64,000 nt of DNA from Ruditapes philippinarum (taxonomy: Eukaryota). Position numbers and translations under genes: made by a program. Location of the stretch: NCBI RefSeq assembly GCF_026571515.1, contig NW_026855145.1, forward strand, positions 1-64,000, written 5' to 3'. The notes below the pieces were generated by a model. It saw only the letters and a program-made list of their open reading frames with translations. It had not been told where the DNA came from and searched no databases. Below, one piece after another: positions 1 through 10,224 of this stretch (position 1 is the first letter of the stretch; the number at the start of each line of letters is the position of its first letter).

Positions 1-500
1 TTAAAAACTACTGGGATATTTAATTTAAACTTATTACACCTTTTTTGGATCATAATTGGTGATTATAATATTATCCAAGGCTCATAACTCTAGCATGGGT
101 TTTGTCAGAGTTATAGCCCTTTTTGAACTAAAAATACATGGTTTACGTTTTGCATGCTACATCAATCTTCCAACCTCCTGCAGGTATTCACTTTAAACTA
201 TATATGCAGGATTAAAATTGGAGATCACCATCCAAGGCCCAAAACTCTAGTATGGATTTTTGCAGAATTAGCCCGGATTTTAGAAAGATTTTATACATGC
301 AGTTCAAAACACTGCCAAATATAGACACATAACATTATTATCATATTGTCTGTTCAAGGTTATAAAACGAACGTTCATGGTAAGACACTTAACCAATCAT
401 ACTAATATCCTCTGTTAATAACATTTTTAATATCATGTTAAAGGTGTGGTGAATTGTCACATGTGTGGTGCGAAATTTCATTTGAAGTGGGGTTTGTTGT
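1..500 (+). mobile_element. 3' part of a Helentron-type non-autonomous element (HINE/DTC84/pearl-like) with degenerate internal repeats
   Basis: Repeat atccaaggc.ca.aactctag.atgg.ttttg.cagaNtta at ~73 and ~230; HINE-like end ggtgcgaaatttcatttgaag...ttgtt near 470-500. Confidence 0.5.
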
Positions 501-981
501 TATGGAGTCAATAATAACAATTTCCCGTCTGTATCGACAGCCGGTGTTTGATTCTTTTTCTTGCATACAGCATATAAATTAGTTTCAGAACAGAAATTAC
601 GAAAACTGATATTTTCATTACTGAAAGTTTTAGCTCACCTGTCACAAAGTGACATGGTGCGGTTTTGTGATCGCTTTTCCTCCGGCGTCCGTAAACGTTT
701 ACTTTAAACAACATCTCATCATAAACCGCTAAGCCATTTTCATCCAAACTTCACAGGAATGTTCCTTTAGTAATCAACTTTAACATTTGTTCAAAGAATT
801 TTTTTTTTTTGCAGAACTCTGGTTGCCATGGCAACCGAAAGAAAAAACTCTTCGTATAGAAACCAAAGAGCAAGAGCTTAAATATTTGGCATGTAACAAC
901 GTCTAGTCAGTGTCTACCAAGTTTGTTTAAATAAATGCCCTGGAGGTCAATATTGGCCCCGCCCCGGGGGTCATTCATTTT

Positions 982-2468
982 TTTTATTGTGCCCCCACTT
1001 TAGTGGCGGGCATTTAGATTTACCCTTGTCCGTCCGTCCTTCTGTCCGTCCGTCCGTTCTTTTTTGTGTCGCACGTAACTCAAAAAGTATTTGACCTAGA
1101 GTCATGAAACTTAAGAGGAATGTTGATCAGCATGTGCAGTTGTGCACCTTGGTATTTTCGTCTGGATTTATTCAGTATTTTTAGAGTTATTGCCCTTGAC
1201 TTAGTAAAATTTTGCAATTTTTAACTTGTGTAGCATGTACCTCAAAAAGGATTTGACATGGAGTCATGAAACTTAACAGGAATGTTGATCAGCATACCTG
1301 GGTATTTTCGTGTGGATTTATTTTGTACTTTTAGAGTTATTGCCCTTGACTTAGAATTTTTTTGCAATTTTCAACTTGTGTCGCATGTAACTGATAAAGT
1401 ATTTAACCTAGAGTCATTAAACCTTACAGTAAGGTTTCTCAGCATATGTAGTTGTGCACCTTGGGTTTCGCTTGTGGATTTATTCAGTATTTTTAGAGTA
1501 ATTGCCCTTGACTTAGTAAAATTTTGCAATTTTCAATTTGTGTCGCATGTACCTCAAAAAGGATTTGACATGGAGTCATGAAACTTTACAGGAATGTTGA
1601 TCAGCATACCTGGGTATTTTCGTGTGGATTTATTTTGTACTTTTAGAGTTATTGCCCTTGACTTAGAATTTTTTTGCAATTTTCAACTTGTGTCGCATGT
1701 AACTGATAAAGTATTTGACCTAGAGTCATTAAACCTTACAGGAAAGTTTCTCAGCATATGTAGTTGTGCACCTTTGGTTTCGCTTGTGGATTATTTCAGT
1801 ATTTGTAGAGTTATCTCCCTTGACTTAGTAAAAACCGTTTCATTAGGTTGTGTTATTTGTTCCTTGAGTGCTTGAGTAAGAATCAACCAACTTTACAGGA
1901 ATAATGATCAACATCACTAAATTACAGGAAAAATGATCAACATCACTGTGAAGCTATGCACCTTGGACGTTGCATGTGGATTTTTTTCAGTTTTGTTAGA
2001 GTTATTGCCCTTGACTTACAGTAGTATAAATTTGCAATTTTTAACTTGTTTATGCATAGCTCCAAAAAGTATTTGTTTGTTTGTTTGTTTGTTTTGGGTT
2101 TTACGTCACATCGACACAGTATAGGTCATATCGCGACGTTCCAGCTTTACTGGTGGAGGAAGACCTCGGGTGCCCTTCCGTGCATTATTTCAGGCACGAA
2201 CGGGTACCTGAGTAGAACCACCGACGAAGTATTTGACTTGTAGGCTTGTAGTTTACAAGAATGTTGGTCAGCATGTGTACTTATGCACCCTCGGGTTTGC
2301 TTGTGGATTTATTCAATATTTGTAAAGTTCTTGCCTTTTATTTAGTAAGAGGTTTTTAGTTTTCAACTTGTGGCACATGTAGTCCAAAAACTATTTGACC
2401 TAGAGTCATAAAATTGACAGAACAGTGGCGTGTGGGGGCACCCGTGTCCTATGGACACATTTCTAGTT
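982..2468 (+). mobile_element. Helentron-associated MITE nested in the previous one
   Basis: ttattgtgccccca ... tgggggcac subterminal IR, (gtcc)n microsatellite 1027-1056, 150/162-bp tandem units, 3' hairpin gtgtcctatggacac then ctagtt. Confidence 0.85.
2076..2226 (-). mobile_element. 5'-truncated RUDI-like SINE
   Basis: Reverse complement matches the 3' half of the SINE at 25153-25425; (aaac)n tail; 9-bp TSD aagtatttg (2067-2075 / 2227-2235). Confidence 0.85.
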
Positions 2469-2979
2469 TGTATATAGTAAAAACTTAGAAAATCTTCTTT
2501 TAAAAAAACCCAAAGAGCTAGAACTTAGATATGAAACATCGTCTAGTGTGTGTCTACCAAGTTTGTACAAATAAAAGCCCTGGGGTAAAAGTTCGCCCCG
2601 TCCTAGGGTTCATTGATATTCCTTGTACGTGTATAGTAAACACTTAAAAAATCTTCTTTTAAAAAACCCACAGAGCTAGGGTTTAGATACTAAGCATGAA
2701 ATATCTTCTAGTGAGAGTTTACCAAGTTTGTTAAAATAAAAGCCATTGGGTCAAAATTGGCCCCGCCCATGGGGGCCATTGTTTTCCCCTGTATGTGTAT
2801 AGTAAAAACTTCTTATAAAAACCCCAAAGAGATACAGCTTATATATTTATCATGAAACATCTACTAATGGGTGTTTACCAATATTGTTTTAATAAAAGCC
2901 CTAGGGTTAAAATTTATCCCGCCCCGGGGGCCTATAAACAGGTGAGCGATTTCTGGGCTATCATGGCCCTCTTGTTCTT

Positions 2980-3168
2980 ATTATAGCGTATGAACTTATT
3001 CCTTCATTCATAACGGTAAAATGATGTCATCTTAATAACGCAATTTATTCATAAAAGGCGCGCGGCAATGACGTCATTTAAAGCACGCGACTTATCTTAC
3101 ATGTAGGGTGTAAGACATGTTTTTCTAGCACGGGGGAAACGGTAGATAATCCTGTCTGATTTGCAAGA
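2980..3168. mobile_element. Fragment of a probable Crypton-type non-autonomous element
   Basis: tgacgtca/cgcgcg core and a ctagcacggggg...cctgtctgatttgcaagaa end resembling bivalve Crypton-type MITEs; incomplete. Confidence 0.35.
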
Positions 3169-3229
3169 AAAAAACTTCCAATACTTACAAATCTATTTCA
3201 TCGAAACTTTATATGTGGATGAACATTGA

Positions 3230-3340
3230 TGAATTCAACCTGCACCCCTCATTTTCAGGTCAAAAGGGCAAAGTCACTGGGACTTGCGGTTGCGTTCATT
3301 GAACGCCGCCTTTCCTTGTTGATCTTGTTTATCATATTTT
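3230..3340 (+). repeat. Fixed-end insert, family 2
   Basis: gcgttcattgaacgccgcctttccttgttgatcttgtttatcatatttt, also at 4404-4449 and inverted at 37014-37062. Confidence 0.7.
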
Positions 3341-3444
3341 GTGATAACCAAACATAAAACTAGCCATTTAATCAGCATTTACTGAGGATTATAAGATTTT
3401 TAAGGTTAAGAACGCAGTTAGAAATGTGGGCACAGCCTGTTTAG

Positions 3445-4330
3445 TCAAATGTCAAGGTCGATGTGACTTTTATTCAAATTATCTATTTTTGTTGAAAATA
3501 TGTAGTTTACTATCCAGATAAGCACTGAGAAAACTGGAATGCACTGCTTCTCTGACAGCTCGATCATCTTACTTGTCTGGTTGCCATCCTTTAACCATTC
3601 ATAAAATTGTTTAGAATTTATGAGCATTTGAATGAGATTTTCTGTATAAATTAGAACAGAGTCAAAACTGCAGCACTGGAGATATAAGCTTGCATATCTC
3701 TTAATCTTCTTAACTAATACGTCGGCAGCTTTCAGTATGCACAAAAGCTCAAAAGCATGAAATGTTATTAACTTGCCTTCTTGTTGTATTATTTTAAAAG
3801 AAATGTTATGGCAACATTTCAATGAAAAATAATGAAATCTTAGCCAACTGTCTGTACTTGGTTAAACTTTCCATGCATTAATAAGTTCTACCTTTACCAT
3901 GGGCTTCATACACTCATTTGTACAAATGTAAGTCCATGATCTTTGCAAGTCACTTCACTGAGGCCTCTTCTGCAATTCCCCGTCCATTATTTAATTTTTT
4001 ATCCTTTAAGATTCAAATGATGTAATGGCTAGCCTATCCCCTCAAGTTCAATCAACTTACATGTGCTTTTGGTTTTTGCCAATACATAGACCATGACCTT
4101 AACAAGTGACATAAATGGAGTATCAATTTACCCCAAGTTGTTTCCCTTTTTAGGTTATAAAACTTAATATAGGTTTCTTAGATATAGATTTTCATTTTAT
4201 AATTCATGTTACCATCCCTTCCACATAATCTACATCTTTTAGTTTCATATGGTACTTTGACATGTTTTCAGCTGGATTTGACAGCGTATAAACACCCAGT
4301 TCTAATTTTAGACATGGAAGAGCAACCGAC
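3445..4330 (-). pseudogene. Decayed unidentified ORF remnant
   Basis: 125-aa ORF plus upstream interrupted protein-like frames (LGVYTLSNPAENMSKYHMKLKDVDYVEGMV; TPFMSLVKVMVYVLAKTKSTCKLIELEG). No family recognised. Confidence 0.35.
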
Positions 4331-4564
4331 TTGATATTTTTTTAAGTGAAATATTTACTGCTTAAGATATTTCTGAAACTTAAGAAAAATCTTGGCTAAG
4401 TTTTATTGAACGCCGCATTTCCTTGTTGATCTTGTTTATCATATTTTTACTTAAGGCAGTTTCTGAATACGACTTTAGCTTAGATATTTTTAGCTAAGAT
4501 TTTTTTTTCAACTTATGTTTTTACTGAAGAAATAACTTAAGATCAGTTGTAAATACGGCCCCAG
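4330..4564. mobile_element. Truncated cttaag-rich MITE carrying a 45-bp family-2 insert
   Basis: Many ttaag/ctaag motifs; terminus aatacggccccag; insert at 4404-4449. Confidence 0.45.
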
Positions 4565-4989
4565 AGCATTAGTTACAATAAAGGTGACAAAAATGTATCT
4601 AATTAGACCGTTACTGAATAGGCAATCATTCTGTACAATAGAGTGTAACAGCCCGTGGTCATACAATGATTAACTGATAATATACTTGCTCGTAATATGA
4701 TAAAAGAGTCAATAGGTCACTTATGTATTTATATGTATTTGTTCATTAAGGAAATAAAAGGTCTATATAACTTTGTAATTTTTTGCAAGCTCATTTAAGA
4801 CTGGCATTGTTATTAACGGTGTTAACCCCCATTTACGCTAGCACCGGGTTAAACTGTTCCCAAACATCTAGTGACACACTTCCCTGACTGGCCCGAGAGA
4901 AATTTATCAACACAATATGACAATAATATAACTTACTGATGAAATAAGTCTGTTTATAGCATTCTTGTCATACATGAATTGATAGTTGT

Positions 4990-6010
4990 TTTTCCGGACA
5001 AAGCATGTTGTTCAAGGGTCCTTGGATGCGTGAGAGATGTTTCCAGAACCATTCATTTGCATATTTAATCAAAAAGAGATTGCAATTCTCTCTATCAAAC
5101 TTTATTTTTATTGTTCTTCATCCAATTATCATCTCCGCCTTTTCTCCGTTTCTTTTTTAATCTGTTCATTTACGACAATAAACGTGCGACATTTTTCCAA
5201 TCCTCTAGCACTGGTTCAATCTTTAATACCAACAAAATGAATTCGATGAACCAGAAAACACTGAAAACACTGAGAACAAATTATGTTTTATCTCATGTTG
5301 TAGCTCTTGTTATTTCTTTCCGACAAACACAAAGACAAGACAAATTCACGCCAGAGCAAATAATAACTATTGGGGATCACAAAATAGAATAAGAAAATAA
5401 TAATATATTTTATTTGATGAGGGATATTGGAACCATGTGATAAATAACAACAAACCGAAATGAGCTCAAATTCAACTAACACTACAATTATGTCATTCTG
5501 AATGATCTTCAAAAATAAGAAGCATAACATATCCTTTTACGGACTCAACACGGCACAAACACCGCTGATGTGACAATAAATCAGATAAATTAAAACCTAA
5601 AGTAACGTCCGACATGGAAAATGTGTAAATAATTCAAACTGGCTTTGATTGAGTATAAAAAATATATACAGAAGTGTATTTGTTCAAATGATCGATTGTT
5701 ACTGTATTTATCAACAAAACGCTTTGTTTTAGGAATTTATTTTATGAAACCAAAATGCATAGTTGAAGAAGAAACATGTGGTTAGCAACTTACTTGTATA
5801 AATCCCAAATGTGTATGTATTACTTTTACATTATATTGAACGATATTCAGCCCAGACATGATTCTTTATCAGTTTGACATATTTGCTTACAAACATTGCG
5901 TTCTACAGAAACCAATATTGATTGTTCACATTGGATTTACAAAAAGAAACAAAAAGTTTATTGACGTGAACAGTCAGAGTTGAACCAAAGCCACTTCATC
6001 TTTAATTGAA
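4990..6010 (-). pseudogene. Decayed unidentified ORF remnant (paralogues 16915-18300, 49170-49700, 54755-56105)
   Basis: Minus-strand frame conserved between copies: WFIEFILLVLKIEPVLE.WKNVAR...KYANEWFWKHLSRIQ and VNNQYWFL.NAMFVSK.VKL.K.HVW.EYRSI; many stops and frameshifts. Confidence 0.4.
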
Positions 6011-8815
6011 TTCATTTGATCGCAATACAGATAATCTTATCTATAAGTTCAAGTCATTTACGTTTGCAAAGAAGTATTTTGCAACAGTATTTTTTTTTTC
6101 TGTTATCATTTAGACCTCGCTTCTTTCATGAATTAGTATCAGAATGTGATAAGTACCATACACTTGTGAGTGTAAATGTTGTGGTTTTGTTTGTACTGTG
6201 TTTTTGTTGATATCAGGTTTGACATGTGATTGATATGTATTAGGATTTATGACATTATGATTGGTTTAGTTTTAATGTATTTTGGCCTCTAGCGTTTGAG
6301 GAATCATACTATGATGATCTTGTTAAAATGTTGCTTAATATGTAATATGTATTTGTAATTCATTATTTTAATTATATAGTAATTGGTTCATGAAATGTAT
6401 TTTTCAGGTCACTTGTTGTGACTGCAAGTCTGTTCAGGTGTCAACAATCATTTGTAATTATTTGTGAAAGATGATGTAAATAAAGATGAGAACCTGAGAA
6501 GAGAACCCAACATCTCAGTTTTTATTTAATAGTGTTTTACATGAAAGCCAAAGAGTAACACTTAAAATAACTTTTTTGGCAAAAGTAGGTATAAAAATTG
6601 AATATCTAACGTTTCCTTGAAAGAAAAACATCAACTTGTTCATTTCCTTGTATCCCTAAGTGGCTTGATATCCAACATGATTTGACTATGTAAAATCTAC
6701 AATAATATGTCTCGATTCATCAGGCTATAAATAGCTCTTTGGGAGCTGTTTTGAAGAGGGCTTACATTGATATGATACACTTTCCCTGAGTAATATTAGT
6801 TTTAAACAACAAATATTAATCAATAAAAAACTGTACATACCTAAAATATCAAATTCATTCAGTGCAAATGAAATGCCTTAATTGGATTTGATATACCAGT
6901 TTTGGTTACTGTTTATACAATCATTATCATATCATAATATGTAAAGGAATTTTATGTAGCAAGGTTTTACATAGTACCTTATTTTGTATATTTTTATCTT
7001 TAAAGGGCAAACATCTAAATGTCACCGTAGTTACATTAGTATTTTGATATTTCAAAATGTAAATAAAAAATCTTTCAGAAGATTAAATGGCTTCCACTTA
7101 TGGAAAAAATAAGTGCACTACAGAAATCCTGCTTTCAAAACGATCAATTGCCTCCATAGACAAGATCAATTTGATTTAATTTGGCACTGACTCAAGATTG
7201 TATGTCTTATAGCGATCGAGTTATTTATTGTTCATATCAGGGTTAGCTTCAGTTTGATGTATCCATTGAACTGGAAATCGTCATGTAAATCATAGCGAGG
7301 GAAATATTTCATCACATCGAAGCAATTCTAGAAGTGTTTATAAAATATATTGTTGTTTTGGTGACTCATTTTTATATTAATATTTTTAAACGAATGCATT
7401 GTACATTTCAGGCTTAGAAAAATGAAATTGCAATTGATGATAATACTATATGCCTTATATAAATAGCATTAGCTTTCGGAATACGAGTAACAAAATAACT
7501 ATATATGGTAAGTACAGAATAATGCAATGTTAACATGATATGTTTGTAAAACATGTAACCCCATTGGCCAGATCATTGTATCTGGCTATAGACATATGTA
7601 TCTGGCTATTGACATATGGACAAAACAATCAATAGGCGTTTTTACTGGTCATGACAAATTACTAGGTTATTTTGACCCAAAGGTTATGTGCGTCGATTAA
7701 ACACGCATTTGTCGATAGCGAGATGAACTGAGGGGCTTACATGTGCAAAGTAACCCCTTTGTTGCATTATGTTTGTAACACCCGAAAGATAGCTAAAATT
7801 ATATTTCCTACTCCGGTGTCATATAACCCTAATTATGCTGGTGCGCCGGAAAACCTAATTGAACCAAACAAAGATAAATGAAACACATTGCATGACTGTT
7901 AAGCAAGTCTATTTACGGTGTACAGCGTAGATATTTGTTTGATTTAACGTATTTTAACCTCAAACGCTATATGATGATAAAAAAGCAGCATTTCATTGCC
8001 TAAAACAAATAATAATAATAATAGAAATATAAAATAATACTGATAAAAACACCAACAAACAACATCGACTCTTAGGAAATAACGATTTAAACCTATATGA
8101 TATATTTTGTTCCCTAATGTTACCTACTGTTTCTTGTTGTTGTCAGTATGCCTAAGTATAGGATAGATCATGAGTACCAGTTGGATGTGAGATTTTAGCG
8201 AGTTGATAAATCTCACATCCAACTGGTACGAGCGATCTATCTGACTTAGACCACAGGTAGTTTTCTTTGTTTAAGGTGATAATTAAACATGCGTAAACGG
8301 TTTTTTTTTCGACTATTACGTAGGTATATCCAAATATTTTTTATTATTCAATCTATTTGGCCTTATTGTAGGCCGAAATTGCACGAGAAAATGGCATTAT
8401 TCATGCTTTTTCATAAGTTACTGAATACACAATCTTCGAATGATAGATTTCACATTCTTTTATACATTCCTATCACAATGGAGCAGTCAGACGAAAATTG
8501 GGAAGAATTTAATATATCTGAGTGTGATAACATTACAATTTCCCAACTTGAGGTATATCAACCCAGGATTTTGTTGTTATTCCTATTGACTCCACATCTA
8601 AACGGTTTGATGACGTAACACCGTACACAGCGCTTGAGTTAGAAGCCGCTTACCGAAAAAAAAACACTCTGAGACAGAACTCATGGGCGATGGCTGCTTA
8701 TCAAGAGTGGGCTCGTTGAAGAAACGGGCAGGTAATTTTCATTAAACATTTTCCTTATTTCTTGAGCAACTCTAAGGGACAGGGTATTTGTTGGTTGCCC
8801 GGCTGAATTTGATTT

Positions 8816-9021
8816 GAGCCGTGTCACGACAAAACTAACATAAAGGGTTTGCATCCGCGCAGTCTGATCAGGATCCATGCTGTTCGCTTACCAACCCTAT
8901 TATAAATAGAGAAACTGATAGCGAACAGCATGGATCCTGATCAGACTGCGCGAATGCGCAGGCTGGTCTGGATCCATGCTTGTCGCAAACCCATTATGTT
9001 GGTTTTGTCATGACACGGCTC
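8816..9021. mobile_element. Palindromic MITE in Crypton intron 1
   Basis: TIR tgagccgtgtca / tgacacggctca; inner IR cgcagtctgatcaggatccatgctgttcgct. Confidence 0.85.
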
Positions 9022-9886
9022 ATTTTATTTTTACTTGACTTGACGTACTTCGTTAGTTTAGGGTATGCTTTATATACATCATGCATTGACTTTTTTACCT
9101 CATTCATGAACTGAAAAAGATAACAAACGATATCATCCCTTCAATAAAATGATATAGGTTTTATTTCATTTTGTCCTAAATATTATTTTTCCACCAGCTT
9201 AACACCATATTAAAGATAATTATAGTAACACCATACAAGTATAATGTACTTTTTTGTTCAGGCGGAGACATTGCTAGAGGGGAATGGTTGCGTTCCTGTT
9301 GATCTCTCAAAAGAATCAAAAGAAAGCATTGGTTTTTGGATGTCTAGTAAGAATCGTTATAGAATGTGATTTTGCTTAAAAGTATTCAAGTATTTCAAAA
9401 TTGAAATGTCGTAATTTAAATGTTTAAGTCACATCTGGCGAAATTATTTAGGTCATTGTCAAAACATGTTCCGCGTTATAAATGAGGTTGAGATATAAAC
9501 AAGAATTTGAATAAATTGTCTATTGTGGTTGATTTCATTCAATATGGTTTCTTATACATTTTATCTTAAACCATTTTTTATTTCACATGTAAACATAAAT
9601 AGTTTGACGATTTAAACCCATAGTAATTTGATAATTTTGGATTTTAGGTTTGTAGTGGAGTGTCGCCGAAAGGACGGAACACCATATCCTCCGAACAGTC
9701 TTTATAACTTGGTTACGGGCATTCAGAGGTCATTAAGGGAGGAACAAAGCCGAAATGATATCATGTTATTGGACAGTAGCGACATTACTTTCGCTGAGTT
9801 TCGCAAGCAGCTAGATGCAAGAATGAAATAATTGACATCCGAAGGTAAATATCAAGAATACTTTAACACACCATCTTGAAGCTTAA

Positions 9887-10224
9887 AGGAACTCCACTGA
9901 GGTCAAAAAAGTATAAAAATATATAATTTTGAATTTCGTTCATAGATCAGCTGGGACTCTTTAAAAAAGAAAGATAGGCAAAAGATGATTAAAAAATACG
10001 CAGAATTAATTTGTACTGCAGATTTTTGTGCAATTCTGACCCGCTAAGAGCGAAAATTTTCTGTCATTTTTTTCAATAGGAGTAATTATTCTGGAAAACT
10101 GAGTTAGCTAATGATCTGAAATTTAACACAAAAGATATTGGTTTAGACCTACAACAAATTTGGTATTAATCTTGAAAAAAATATGTCCAGTCCTTTCATG
10201 TCAAAAAACCTCGATGGAGTCCCT
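9887..10224. mobile_element. Kolobok-like MITE in Crypton intron 3
   Basis: TTAA on both sides (9883-9886, 10225-10228); TIR aggaactcca.tgagg / cctcgatggagtccct. Confidence 0.8.

Larger units (their letters stand above)
628..2976 (+). mobile_element. Helentron-associated MITE (outer element) with a nested insertion
   Basis: Starts tttt-agctcacctg; matching subterminal IR caggtgagcg (2939-2948); 3' hairpin gggctatcatggccc then cttgtt; internal ~170-bp tandem units (tctagt..taccaagtttg..aaataaa.gccc). Confidence 0.85.
2830..5510 (+). repeat. Large duplication, copy A part 1 (pairs with 47046-49703)
   Basis: Near-identical from gatacagcttatatatttatc to gaatgatcttcaa. Confidence 0.95.

Noticed and set aside
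1282-1875. Two near-identical ~95-aa ORFs
   Set aside because: They are translations of the 312-bp MITE repeat.
6101-6541. Solo LTR (TG...CA with aataaa)
   Set aside because: No TSD and no second copy in the window.
7412-7507. Signal-peptide-like exon (ag...ATG...gtaagt); similar at 25474-25538
   Set aside because: Early stop codons and no supportable downstream exons.
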